A stretch of 64,000 bases of DNA from Desulfosudaceae bacterium (GCA_963674745.2 CAXXDV010000001.1:608001-672000); one strand, 5' to 3'. Shown: positions 42,323 through 52,760, numbered from the stretch's first letter. The notes: generated by a model from the sequence alone, not told the origin. Made by a program: numbers and translations.

Positions 42323-42912
42323 AGTGTTGCCTCCAGATAAGGCGTCATAATCTTTTTTACCCGACAGACCTCAGCGTACCTCAGCAGCTTTTCGAGATTG
42401 AATGGTTGCCTGGTTCGATACAGCTTAAGCGCTTCAAGAACAACCTCCATTCCAACTTTGTTCCGGAACTTAAAACAATCGGCCAGGGTCTTCTCCGGAG
42501 TATAGATCCTTACGTTTGCACCATCTATGGTGTGTTTTTCGATGCCGGAGGTGTAAGCTTTATCAGAGAATCGATGGGCCTGAACAGGAGGGTAGTCGAG
42601 AGAAGGGGCTCTTGAGTTTTTTGGCACCGCCACGGAAACAACATGTGGAATCTGGGTCGTGATATTATGGTAATGCAGGGCTGAGATAAGGCAGATTACG
42701 GTATTAGGGAACCGAAGGCTTACTGTAACAAGATCCGGGTTGGATAGCGGGGGCAGTTCCACAAGGCGATAAACACCTCTGGTCACTTGCTCTATTAGCC
42801 CCCTGTCTCTTAGCGAATAAAGCATATAACGCGTAATACCATGTGAAATCGCCTCACTCATTCGAAGTTGCCCGCCATGCTTCCGGAAAATTGTTAGTGG
42901 AGATTCTTTCAT
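42319..42912 (-). CDS. AbiEi-family antitoxin / transcriptional regulator
   Basis: wHTH RGVYRL, ICLISALHYH..TTQIP and YTPEKTLADCF; coupled to the toxin gene. Confidence 0.9.
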   Translation of the reverse strand: MKESPLTIFRKHGGQLRMSEAISHGITRYMLYSLRDRGLIEQVTRGVYRLVELPPLSNPDLVTVSLRFPNTVICLISALHYHNITTQIPHVVSVAVPKNSRAPSLDYPPVQAHRFSDKAYTSGIEKHTIDGANVRIYTPEKTLADCFKFRNKVGMEVVLEALKLYRTRQPFNLEKLLRYAEVCRVKKIMTPYLEATL

Positions 42913-42920
42913 CTTTTTAA

Positions 42921-42968
42921 TCAGACATATTGTATATATTTGTAAATAATTAATGACATTATGTCTGA
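42921..42968. promoter_or_regulatory. Inverted repeat upstream of abiEi, probable autoregulatory operator
   Basis: TCAGACATATTGT...ACATTATGTCTGA (12/13 match), just upstream of the start codon. Confidence 0.6.
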
Positions 42969-43036
42969 ATCAGGATAAAAAAGTCAAGATGAATTTGAAA
43001 ATCCCTCAAAATTCGGACGAGACTTAAATTCTTAGG

Positions 43037-43103
43037 TTCTTGCAATACCTTGCATTGGTTGCGCATAGGTTGCAGCGAGAGGTCGCTCCAGGGCAACCTT
43101 GAC
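43037..43103 (+). repeat. att-arm-like repeat, copy B (no tRNA fragment follows)
   Basis: TTCTTGCAATACCTTGCATTGGTTGCGCATAGGTTGCAGCGAGAGG...CAGGGCAAC. Confidence 0.8.
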
Positions 43104-43164
43104 AATTATTTGCTAAACAAAATCATTTTTCTGACCTTCTATTAAGTCAAAAACAAGCCCGGGT

Positions 43165-43180
43165 TCGACAATAATGTCGA
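43165..43180. promoter_or_regulatory. Palindrome, candidate enhancer-binding-protein site
   Basis: TCGACA-ATAA-TGTCGA about 100 bp upstream of a sigma54-like promoter; another TGTCGA half-site at 43195-43200. Confidence 0.5.
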
Positions 43181-43276
43181 GCGAACACCTGGTTTGTCGA
43201 GCCCCACCTGCTTTCTAATCGGGCACATATTCTTTTACCTACTGGTTTCATAGCATATTTTGCCAGCCGCAGGGGT

Positions 43277-43292
43277 TGGCATGGTTATTGAT
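43277..43292 (+). promoter_or_regulatory. Sigma54-type -24/-12 promoter
   Basis: TGGCATG-GTTA-TTGAT versus consensus TGGCACG-N4-TTGC; a sigma54 activator is encoded downstream. Confidence 0.6.
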
Positions 43293-43357
43293 TTGATTGT
43301 TGTCAGATTGATTGGAAATGAATTTGAACAATAATCAAAACAAAAAGGAGCAAAACA

Positions 43358-43993
43358 ATGAAAAACATCAAATCAAAGATCATTGTCACAGTAATCGCCT
43401 TAAGTCTTTTCGTCATGGTACCGGCGACCTTTGCCGGGAACGGGAGAGGACAGGGCCAGGGCGCCGGAGACGGGAGCGGTCCTATTCACAGCATTCTTGA
43501 CGGCGTCCCTGTTGTGGTTGACGGTACGGTGGTCGCTTTGGGGACCAAGGGAAATGGTATCGAAATCGACGACGGTATCGACATTGTCACCGTATACGGC
43601 CTGGGGCCTGTTGCCTTCTGGGATGCAGCGGGAATGGTAAAGCCGGAAATCGGTGAAGACATCGTGGTCAACGGATTCGAAATTACCCTGTCGGATGGAT
43701 CAACCAAAATTATCGTGGCAAGCATCACCATTGGCGGGGATGAAATTATCCTTCGCGACCCGGAAACAGGCGCCCCCCTGTGGCGCGGCATTAACCGGTT
43801 TAACAATCAAAATCGAAACAGGACCGGGGACTGCGTATCTTTGTTGGATACCCCTGCTGATACACGGCTTCTCGCAAAAGGAGGAAACGGTCGTGGCGGG
43901 CATGGTCCGAAAGACGGCACCGGCAATGGGGGCAACGGCCCAAAAGACGGTTCCGGTTATGGGAAAAAAGCCGGCACCTGTAACATTGGCTGA
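43358..43993 (+). CDS. Exported protein with Gly-rich GPxDGxG repeats flanking a beta-rich core
   Basis: AAGGAG RBS, signal peptide ending ATFA|G, GQGAGDGSGP and GPKDGTG/GPKDGSG repeats. Confidence 0.75.
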   Translation: MKNIKSKIIVTVIALSLFVMVPATFAGNGRGQGQGAGDGSGPIHSILDGVPVVVDGTVVALGTKGNGIEIDDGIDIVTVYGLGPVAFWDAAGMVKPEIGEDIVVNGFEITLSDGSTKIIVASITIGGDEIILRDPETGAPLWRGINRFNNQNRNRTGDCVSLLDTPADTRLLAKGGNGRGGHGPKDGTGNGGNGPKDGSGYGKKAGTCNIG

Positions 43994-44214
43994 TATTGTT
44001 GAAAAAATATCCGGTTGAGCGGAAGGCCTAAAAATTGCGGTCATCACCGGAAAAGGACGCGGCCTCCGCCAACCCGGATATTTGCAAGAGACTTCATGTT
44101 TTTTATAAATATGCAAAACATTGAATTAAGAAAGAATATCATGATAAAAAGAGCAGGGACTAACATTTTTTCTCCAATCGTGTTCTTTATGAAGGATACT
44201 CGGGCATAGCGGAT

Positions 44215-45195
44215 ATGGTTTTTCAAAAAAATCGCACAACATCAAAGTTCACTCGCTATACCCTTATTCGGTTCTTTCCAATTCTAATTGTTATTCTTTT
44301 CCCAAAAATACAAACGCAGGCTTCGGCAATAGACACGGCCGTTGCGTTTGCGGTCGGGTATGATGACAACGTGACGCTTTCTCCGGTTTCTAAAAACTCG
44401 GCGTTTGCCCGCTATCAGGCATATCTGGCCCGGAATTTTTTTTCTGATGGAAGCCTGGCCGACTTCAAGGGTTATATCGGCGCCCAATATCAGGATTATT
44501 TCAGTGCCGGGGATAATTATTATATGTATGCCGGTGCTTCACTTGGTTACCCTGTGGCGGAAGGGCGATTAGTGCCTGAATTGTATTATGAAGGAACAAT
44601 ATTTCGTGACGATGAACTGCCTGAAGACAGTATGAACGAACATTGTCTGGGTGGTCGCCTGGACTGGTTCCCCCAGGCAAGAATCATTATCGGACTTCGG
44701 CAAAGCTGGTGCTGGCAGGATTATCGGGACAAAGAAGGCCCCGAAGTCTCTGGCAAACAAAAAGGCATGAACGGTCAGACCGGCCATGATGAATTAGAAT
44801 CACGTGATGACCGCCTGAGTTCAACCGGCTTAATGCTTCACTACAGTTTTACGCCTCAAACAGATGCGGAAATCTTATTCACACATGACCGATCATCTTC
44901 TTCCATTGAAAGAGAATCTTATTCAGAAAACGGCCTGGCATTATCGCTGTTATGGACGCCTATGGATCATTGGGAATTTTCCGGTAGGATGGGATGGGGA
45001 AAAACGGATTATGACCGTTCACCCCAGGATGTAAAAAGACAGGACAAGACCTGGCGGTTCGGTGTTGAGATAGGCCGTATAATTAATAAATACAAAATAT
45101 TTGCCCGTTATGAAAAAACAGACAATGACTCCTCGATTGATGAGGAAACTTATAAGAATATGGTGACGCAATGCGGCGTTTCATGTTTTTTTTAA
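44215..45195 (+). CDS. Probable outer-membrane beta-barrel protein
   Basis: Signal-like N-terminus, GYDDNV first strand, alternating aromatic strands, C-terminal Phe. Confidence 0.7.
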   Translation: MVFQKNRTTSKFTRYTLIRFFPILIVILFPKIQTQASAIDTAVAFAVGYDDNVTLSPVSKNSAFARYQAYLARNFFSDGSLADFKGYIGAQYQDYFSAGDNYYMYAGASLGYPVAEGRLVPELYYEGTIFRDDELPEDSMNEHCLGGRLDWFPQARIIIGLRQSWCWQDYRDKEGPEVSGKQKGMNGQTGHDELESRDDRLSSTGLMLHYSFTPQTDAEILFTHDRSSSSIERESYSENGLALSLLWTPMDHWEFSGRMGWGKTDYDRSPQDVKRQDKTWRFGVEIGRIINKYKIFARYEKTDNDSSIDEETYKNMVTQCGVSCFF

Positions 45196-45584
45196 TAATA
45201 CTGATTCATCTGGTTACCATCCCGGCGGCGGCGGCGGATGCCATCTTGGGCACCGTTGTTTCACTTGATCGTGAAAAAGGAGAAATGACCGTCCGTTTAA
45301 GTGACACCTTTAATTCGATTGATGAACCCGAAGTCAATACTGAACCAGAAATTGTAACGGTCAATTTTAACGCCGATCAATTGGAAAAAAGCATTAAAGT
45401 CGGCAGGCTGGTGCGGCTGTGGGGCAGTTTTGGGTCAGGCGCACAAAACGTCTTTCAAGCCACCGTAATTGAAAGAAGCGACAGACAAAACAGGTTTGAC
45501 CCGACCGGCGTGCGGGGACGGCTTGGGAAAAGAAGGGGAATGGGCAGCGGACATCATGGCGGAAAAGGACGTGGCGGCAATTGA
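45171..45584 (+). CDS. Small exported hypothetical protein
   Basis: Signal peptide, beta-rich core, DPTGVRGRL and Gly/His tail; overlaps both neighbours. Confidence 0.65.
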   Translation: MRRFMFFLIILIHLVTIPAAAADAILGTVVSLDREKGEMTVRLSDTFNSIDEPEVNTEPEIVTVNFNADQLEKSIKVGRLVRLWGSFGSGAQNVFQATVIERSDRQNRFDPTGVRGRLGKRRGMGSGHHGGKGRGGN

Positions 45585-47176
45585 AAAAGAGGCATGAAGG
45601 GACACCCATTATAAATCATTTTCAAATAAAATCTCCGTGGAAAGCCAACATCATTGTTATCGGGACATTGATTCTGATTGTTTTGGGATACTTCTTCTGG
45701 CAGCTCCAGTATACTGAAAAAACATTTCGCAATCATATTAACGATCATGCCCTGATGCTGGCCGGTATGATTCGTTTGAATGCCGACAATTCAGTATTAT
45801 CACAGGAAATCATCGAAGAGATCATGGTGACTTTTCTGGGGAATTCTGCACGTTTCGTCGATTACCTGGATTCCATAGAACCGTTTAACAGTGATGAGCT
45901 GACCGCATTTGCCGAAGAGTCCGGGCTGGCGGGCATCTGTATCGTCAGAAAAGACGGACGGATTGTGGAGGGCCCCCCCGGATGGTTTCTCCTGAAAAAC
46001 CGTTACCATACTGAGAATTTTGTCATTCATCATTTAAAAGACAACAATATCTACTATTTTTCTATCCCGGGCAATAACGATTCAACATGCATCCATGTCG
46101 GACTGGCCGGCAAAAGAATCGACGAATTAAAAAACCAGGTTGATCTGAACCATATGTTGAGCATCCTGTCAGGGCAGCCCGGCATCCGGTATGTTCACCT
46201 TGACCAGAAACGTTTGTCAGATAATAATCCAGGGCCCCTTTCCAATGTAAAAATGATTGAAAATAAAAATGGCCGGATTGCCGAAGTGCGTGTCCCTCTG
46301 GGAGACGATGTTCTGGTAGTTGGACTTGAAGCGATCAGTTTCTTTAAACGTGTCAATCAACTCCGTTATGAATTCATTGTTTTCAGCATCATTATTGCCG
46401 GTTTAGGCGCTTTTTTCACCTGGGTTCTTTACCGTTACCAGATGGCACATCTGGCCCAGGCACAAAAATTTGAGCGTCGACTGGCGGCCGAACAGGAGGA
46501 CGCCGCCCTGGGCCGGGCATCGGCCACCATCACCCATGAAATACGAAACCCTTTGAATGCCATCAGTATGGGGCTTCAACGCCTGGGTTTAGAAGCCGAT
46601 GAAATGAACGACGAGCATCGCGACCTGGTTTTAAACCTGCAAAAAGCCGTGCAGAGGACCGACAATATTATCAACGGACTTCGTCGTTACTGCACCCCCC
46701 TGGTTCCCCGGCTTGAAAATGTCAGGATCGATTCGATTATCGACCACATTCTGGCTTTATACCGGCAGGCCTGCACCGACAACTCAATCTCGATTAATTA
46801 CCACCCTGAATATCAGCAAACGATTGCTGCTGATTTTAATCTTCTGGAAGAGGTTTTCGAAAATTTAGTCAAAAACGCGATAGAAGCACAACCAGACGGC
46901 GGTGATATTGAGATCAGGCTTTACAAAAAAAGCCCGGATCTTGTTATTTCCATAGAAAACGGCGGATTTGATTTGTCTTCAGATGAGGCGGATAAAATTT
47001 ACAAACCGTATTTCACAACCAAAACCAGGGGGTCCGGTTTAGGGCTATCCATTTCCGCCCGAATTATCCGTGCCCATGGCGGGCGGATGGAACTACAGGT
47101 GCCGGATGCCGGGCGCCTGCGAATCAACATTTTTCTTCCGGTTGAAAGAGATGATCATGAAAATTCTCGTGGTTGA
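45581..47176 (+). CDS. Sensor histidine kinase
   Basis: Two TMs, THEIRNPL H-box, NLVKNA N-box, PYFTTK and GSGLGL. Confidence 0.92.
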   Translation: MKKRHEGTPIINHFQIKSPWKANIIVIGTLILIVLGYFFWQLQYTEKTFRNHINDHALMLAGMIRLNADNSVLSQEIIEEIMVTFLGNSARFVDYLDSIEPFNSDELTAFAEESGLAGICIVRKDGRIVEGPPGWFLLKNRYHTENFVIHHLKDNNIYYFSIPGNNDSTCIHVGLAGKRIDELKNQVDLNHMLSILSGQPGIRYVHLDQKRLSDNNPGPLSNVKMIENKNGRIAEVRVPLGDDVLVVGLEAISFFKRVNQLRYEFIVFSIIIAGLGAFFTWVLYRYQMAHLAQAQKFERRLAAEQEDAALGRASATITHEIRNPLNAISMGLQRLGLEADEMNDEHRDLVLNLQKAVQRTDNIINGLRRYCTPLVPRLENVRIDSIIDHILALYRQACTDNSISINYHPEYQQTIAADFNLLEEVFENLVKNAIEAQPDGGDIEIRLYKKSPDLVISIENGGFDLSSDEADKIYKPYFTTKTRGSGLGLSISARIIRAHGGRMELQVPDAGRLRINIFLPVERDDHENSRG

Positions 47177-48491
47177 TGATGAAAAAATGCAGCGTGACTT
47201 AATGAAAGGGTTCCTGGAAAAGCAAGGCTATGATGTAAGCGTGGCCGCGGATGGTAATGAGGCGCTGACATTGTTTTCAAACTACCCGTTTCAACTGGTC
47301 CTTCTGGACAACCGGATGCCGGATTCGTCCGGTGCCGAAGTTCTGGAACGGATAAAGACCATCAACCCCCTGGTGCGCTGCATTATGATTACGGCTTACG
47401 GGTCGGTGGATACGGCTGTGGAAGTCATGAAACTGGGGGCTGACGATTTTCTTGAAAAACCGGTGGATCTTTCGGCCCTGCTGGAAAAAATCAGATTGAT
47501 TGAAAAATCCATCATAATAGAAGAAGAAGCCGCAAGTGTTTCAGAGGCCTTGGCGGCAAAAGAACTGCCGATCAGGATGATCGGTGAAAGCAAAAATATG
47601 AAAATCGTTTTTTCCCTGGTCAGGCGAATCGCGCCGACGGATTGGACGGTCTTAATTCAGGGAGAAACCGGAACCGGAAAAGACTTAATCGCCAGAATTC
47701 TCCACATGCTCAGCCCGAGGAACGAGAATCCGTTTATAGAAGTGAATTGTGCCGCCATCCCGGAAAACCTGTTCGAGTCAGAATTTTTCGGGCATGAAAA
47801 AGGCGCCTTTACCGGAGCGGTATCCAGCCGCAAAGGCAGCTTTGAACTGGCACAAAAGGGGAGCCTGTTTCTGGATGAAGTGGGAGAATTGCCCGTAAGT
47901 TTACAGGCTAAACTGCTGAGGGCTTTACAGGAGAAAAGGATCAACCGGGTGGGCAGTGCGCAAAGCATTCCCATTGATGTCCGTGTGTTTGCGGCCACAA
48001 ACAGAGACCTCAAAAAAATGGTTGAAGACGGCAAATTCAGGGAAGACCTGTTTTACCGTTTAAAAGTTCTGGATCTTGAAGTACCGCCGCTCCGCCACAG
48101 AAAGGAGGATATTACACCTTTAGCAGAATTTTTCATCGATCGATACAGCTCCAGCCCTGTTCGATTTGATCCGGATGCTTTGGCCACACTGATTAAATAT
48201 ACTTTTCCCGGTAATGTCCGGGAACTTGAACACATGATCCAGCGGATTTTAACGCTTTCAAGGGGGACTGTCATCCGGCCAGAAGATTTACCTGCAGAGG
48301 TCCGTTTTCACCACGCCAACGATCAGGGGACATTGACCGAACGGCTTGAGACGGTCGAGCGGGAAATGATTATTTCCGCTCTGGAAAAACATGACTGGGT
48401 GCAGACCCATGCGGCCGACGACCTGGGGATCAGTGAACGGGTGCTTCGTTACAAAATGAAAAAGTATCGTATCAAAAACGATGGGAAATAA
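47151..48491 (+). CDS. Sigma54-dependent response regulator (NtrC/ZraR family)
   Basis: REC domain, GETGTGK, GAFTGA, LFLDE, AATNRDL, FREDLFYRL and a C-terminal Fis-type HTH. Confidence 0.95.
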   Translation: MIMKILVVDDEKMQRDLMKGFLEKQGYDVSVAADGNEALTLFSNYPFQLVLLDNRMPDSSGAEVLERIKTINPLVRCIMITAYGSVDTAVEVMKLGADDFLEKPVDLSALLEKIRLIEKSIIIEEEAASVSEALAAKELPIRMIGESKNMKIVFSLVRRIAPTDWTVLIQGETGTGKDLIARILHMLSPRNENPFIEVNCAAIPENLFESEFFGHEKGAFTGAVSSRKGSFELAQKGSLFLDEVGELPVSLQAKLLRALQEKRINRVGSAQSIPIDVRVFAATNRDLKKMVEDGKFREDLFYRLKVLDLEVPPLRHRKEDITPLAEFFIDRYSSSPVRFDPDALATLIKYTFPGNVRELEHMIQRILTLSRGTVIRPEDLPAEVRFHHANDQGTLTERLETVEREMIISALEKHDWVQTHAADDLGISERVLRYKMKKYRIKNDGK

Positions 48492-48797
48492 CCCTTTTTC
48501 CAAAGCTGTTCATTCATCCCAGTGACAGTTCCTGAAGGCGAAGTAAAAGATATTTATCTGGCTGCAAAACACTCCGCTGCACTGAAAGCATTAGTTAAAC
48601 TAATTTTTTGAATGTCTTGGGAATACACCATACTTCAGTTTAAAGAAAATCAACGTACCTTTTGGATAACCAAGACTAAGTTCAAAAACGGTTCCCTGTA
48701 TTCTATAATATAGCCGGACCGCCTTATTTTTTTACGTTTCAGGGCAACTCTAACGATTTTGGCCAAATAATATCAACATGTTATGCATTTAAGTAAA

Positions 48798-48843
48798 ACT
48801 TCGAATCCATAGGCCGGGAGGTCGAATCTCTCCGGGCGCGCCA
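48798..48843 (+). repeat. att core: tRNA-Arg 3' fragment, copy 3 (degenerate)
   Basis: ACTTCGAATCCATAGGCCGGGAGGTCGAATCTCTCCGGGCGCGCCA (4 mismatches to the tRNA); the preceding ~60 nt resemble those preceding copy 2. Confidence 0.88.
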
Positions 48844-49024
48844 ATATTTCAGAACATTATGTTGTCAACAAAATCTTCCGGTTTTTAAAAAAGGTCAAAA
48901 AGAGGATGTTTTGGCATTTTTGCTATTCATCAAGGGGGAGGCATGGGCAGGTCATAATTGCCCGCTCTTGAAGACATGAGCATACGCAGCAATGAGACGA
49001 CAATGGGATAAATTAGCGTTTACA

Positions 49025-51232
49025 TTATTTAATATCGATCCATATTGGGCTTGCCCAAGCCATTTCATGATCTTTTTGAATAACACGAATATAATAAAAG
49101 ATATAAGGATTCGGAGAAAATTGATTGGGCGTCATTGATATCTCGTTAATAGGGATGTTATCTTCCCAATATGTTTCAAGATCAAGCCCGTTTCCTGTTA
49201 TTGAATGTACAATTTTATTGTTGCGTATAATTTGTAACTTTTCAACAGGGGCTGTTCCGTGAAATGCGATATGAAGGCGTCGCTTCGCCGCCAGATCAGG
49301 CATTGTTGTTGTATCCAACTCTGAGCCCATGGGGCTGCCATTTAAATCGTAATTTAAAAGTACCCTTTCGCCAGTTGTCGCAACGACTCTTCGGTTATAT
49401 AGGGCATCCCATAAAGCCTCTCTGGTAAGGTCGGTTGCGAGTACGCCCATGACACCGTCCTTGGTCCATAAATCCTTCATGCCGACGATCCCGGCCGTAC
49501 CGGAATGATCGTCTCCGCCAGCAGCAAATCCGACACGCCATCCACGTCCAAGCGCATCTTGCACATAGCCGTGAGGAAACGAAATCGCTTTTGGATGCAA
49601 TAGATTTCCGTTTTCCACCGAGCATTCATAGCTCCCTCTGACTTGAAATATTTCAACCAGCCTTTCAAACTCAGGGGCATGATTTTTCCAGTTGCAATAT
49701 GAGGATGCTTCTGCAGTATGGTGTGGTATTGCTATTACCGCTTCATTACTTTTCCGCAAAACATTAAAAAGATCCGTTCGTTCAGTATAATATAGGCTTC
49801 TATACATGGGGGCGCTATCGTTCAAATAGTATGCACAAAGATCGCCATTACCATCACCAAGCCAGTTATCCCATTCATACCCTAAGAAGGTTACGAACTC
49901 TCCGGGTTTATTATATTCCCGCACTTTCCGTGATATCCTTTCCCACAAAACATCCGGGGTGGACAGTATATTACAATGTTCAGAAGATGCTGCGAAATCT
50001 AAAGCAGCCTCGTCTCGCATCTGAAGGTAGTAATGATCCAGACTGCCGGTAGCATCCCAAGACATTTCTGAATGCCCGTGAATAACGCCCCAGTAAGTTT
50101 TATATTTATCTGGCGCCTCCTTGCATACGAAAGGATTTGTCATAACAGATTTGCCTGAGCTTTTATCGACTATATTTAAACGGTAAACACCTTTCTTTGA
50201 TATCGAAACGGTCACGTTACAACTTGTTGATACGGAATTCTTGATGCATTCCGGCTCCCAACTCGTATTTTCGGCATCAATTTTGATCGATTCTACTCCC
50301 TGTCGAGACAGGTTATTGCTTTTATCTTCAGGCCTGACCAGGATTGAAAAAGGTTTATTAATGATTACTTGTGAAGGTGCATAGGCCCGTATGTGATCTG
50401 TTTCTCCACCTTCAACGTTTATTAAACATGCCCCGATAATTGTTTGCGGATTCAAGTGAAACTGGTAATTCATCTTGATATGTTTTTTTAGAAATTGCTT
50501 CTTTTGATCGTCGTCATTATCAATATGCTCCAGAAAAAAGCATTTTCTTCCACTTATTGGAAAGCATATGTCATGAAAAGTTACGATGATCATGCTCCCG
50601 GCTGATAAATGTTCGGGGACTTTGAACATATTGCCGGATATATGAGGCAGTTTTACTTCGTTGCCAGTCTTAATGTAATATTTCCTGAAACTTAGCTTAT
50701 GCCTTTCACTGTCTAATTGAATGACGGCACCTTCAGGGACATTTTTCGAAAGAATGAAACGCAATTCCAGCTGCTCATTATTATCGTTTGCATAAACTTT
50801 TTCAGGGGTTGAGCGCTGTATGGTCACCCTGGGCGGTATTTTTATTGGCATACCATTATTGTTAAATAAAAAATCATAGGCATATACGATGTATCCCTTT
50901 TCAATGGTATTCCCCTGATCATTATTGACGTTTAAACCAATAAAATAATCACCGGGAATGTCGGCTATAAAAGTGGGCCTGGTCGTATTCGGATCGGATA
51001 GACGCGCATTGCTTTTTTCTGGTAATGAATAGAAAGACCAGTAATGTGTCAATGTACCCTTCTCAATATTATTTAGGTTTCCATCAAGTATCACTTTTGT
51101 TCCGGGTTTAACAATTGACGGCTTATTTGGAAGGACAAGAGTGCCGGATCTAGGCACAAAATGAGTATACATATAGAGACTTATACAAATAAATATCACT
51201 GTAACAAAAACAATTGATAATATTTTTTTCAT
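49025..51232 (-). CDS. DUF3604-like PHP-fold metallohydrolase with N-terminal anchor and PKD-like domain
   Basis: YWGVIHGHS, SEH, GYEW, IPHH, GGDDH and C-terminal YYIRV.Q....AWASPIW. Confidence 0.75.
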   Translation of the reverse strand: MKKILSIVFVTVIFICISLYMYTHFVPRSGTLVLPNKPSIVKPGTKVILDGNLNNIEKGTLTHYWSFYSLPEKSNARLSDPNTTRPTFIADIPGDYFIGLNVNNDQGNTIEKGYIVYAYDFLFNNNGMPIKIPPRVTIQRSTPEKVYANDNNEQLELRFILSKNVPEGAVIQLDSERHKLSFRKYYIKTGNEVKLPHISGNMFKVPEHLSAGSMIIVTFHDICFPISGRKCFFLEHIDNDDDQKKQFLKKHIKMNYQFHLNPQTIIGACLINVEGGETDHIRAYAPSQVIINKPFSILVRPEDKSNNLSRQGVESIKIDAENTSWEPECIKNSVSTSCNVTVSISKKGVYRLNIVDKSSGKSVMTNPFVCKEAPDKYKTYWGVIHGHSEMSWDATGSLDHYYLQMRDEAALDFAASSEHCNILSTPDVLWERISRKVREYNKPGEFVTFLGYEWDNWLGDGNGDLCAYYLNDSAPMYRSLYYTERTDLFNVLRKSNEAVIAIPHHTAEASSYCNWKNHAPEFERLVEIFQVRGSYECSVENGNLLHPKAISFPHGYVQDALGRGWRVGFAAGGDDHSGTAGIVGMKDLWTKDGVMGVLATDLTREALWDALYNRRVVATTGERVLLNYDLNGSPMGSELDTTTMPDLAAKRRLHIAFHGTAPVEKLQIIRNNKIVHSITGNGLDLETYWEDNIPINEISMTPNQFSPNPYIFYYIRVIQKDHEMAWASPIWIDIK

Positions 51233-51325
51233 TTAACGCCCTCATACTGTCTTGACTTTTAATGACTCGTTTATATCTAATGGTCCTGGCAACCAGATGA
51301 CGCCAGGCCATCATAAAGGACGAAA

Positions 51326-52760
51326 TCAGTTGAGCTTTGATATGATATTTTGGAACGCTTGTGTTCCTCTGATATTATCAATATCTTCATCTGTTAGGAG
51401 AAAATCCGTTTTGTTATATCCTTCATCCACAGCTCTGCTTAACCATGCCAATGCTTCATAGCTATTTTGCATCATGGCGAGCATACAGGCAATATTATAG
51501 GAAATGGTCGGATTATCAGGTTCAATTTTTTTAAGCCTGCTGAATGTCTCAAAAGCTGAGGCATAGTCCCCTAACGAGGCGTATACTTCTGCTGTATTAC
51601 ATAAAACATCCTGTTTTGGGCCACTGCTTTCAAAAGCCGCCTTGAAACAAGCGAGGGCTTTATTCAACTTCCCGCTGCTTTTATATAATTTCCCAAGGGA
51701 CAGTAAGTATATCCCATCATTGGGTTTCTCACGCAAGATTTTTTTGTTTTTTGAATCTGCTGGGCAATTATGTCCATTCTTTTTTTAACTGTAGACAGTT
51801 TTGTCGCAGCCTCCTCAAATTTATCATTTGTTTCAAGAGTTTTATTGTAAAAAGCAATGGCTTCTTCCAGTCTGCCCTTGGCTGCCGATATGTTCCCTCT
51901 TAAAAAAAACAACTGTTCGTTTTTTAGATTATCACCAGATGCCAGATTGAAAGACGCTAAAGCCTTTCTATATTTTTTATACGAATAATAAACAGTGCCG
52001 ATAAAAAAATTATTGTTTATTTTTTCATCAGTAACAAAGTAATTCAAATCTATGAGGTCGTTATCGTTGATGGACTTCAACCATGCATCAATATGGCGTG
52101 ATACGACACCGGCGCCGAAAGTATTTACATGATTACCATCTCCGTAGAATTCATCCGGCAGTTCCAGGGTGGACAAATCTATACATTCTACAGCATATTG
52201 TCTGCTTAATTTATTCATATAGTCTTCGTGCATATCGAGAAAACGCCTGGGGATTAGCCTGTAATAAGAAGGATGAACCGGCGTATTTATGAAAACAACC
52301 TCTATTCCGCGTGATTGTAGCAGAACGATAAGCTTGCTTAGATATTTTTCTTGTAATGATGAGAAGTTTTGAACTTCCTCCCCGTTGAAGAACAGCCTTG
52401 AAATCATTGCGCTTGTTGATTGTAAGCTTACTCTAGAGTTATAACTTCTATAAAACCCGCCTAAAAAAGGTATGGTTGATATGTCTTTTGAGAATAATTG
52501 TGAAACTATCCATGGTTCCAAGTAAAACTTACTATGAATCAGTTTGGAGAAAATTACATCGAAATTATATTGCATCAATTCCATATAGGCTTCAAAAGGA
52601 AGGATTGTCTGATAGTAATGAAAACGCTTTTCTATATTTTCGCCGTAAAGGTGTGACTCATACATTAGTGACAGTGCATGATTAGGATATCCGATGAGTA
52701 CTCTTTTAACATCCCTCTGTGCCAATGAAAATGAGACACCTACCCCTTGAAAAATTAGTG
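51326..52760 (-). pseudogene. SGNH/DUF1574-like plus TPR protein, frameshifted near 51745 and apparently lacking its 5' end (upper coordinate approximate)
   Basis: VVFINTPVH and FYGDGNHVNTFGA, then TPR repeats that continue in the overlapping ORF 51326..51736 (YNIACMLA); the shift lies in an A6-C-A7 tract. Confidence 0.6.

Larger units (their letters stand above)
41394..48843. mobile_element. tRNA-Arg-integrated cassette 2 (possibly two fused remnants; no integrase)
   Basis: Lies between tRNA-fragment copies 2 and 3, with an internal arm-like repeat at about 43037. Confidence 0.72.
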
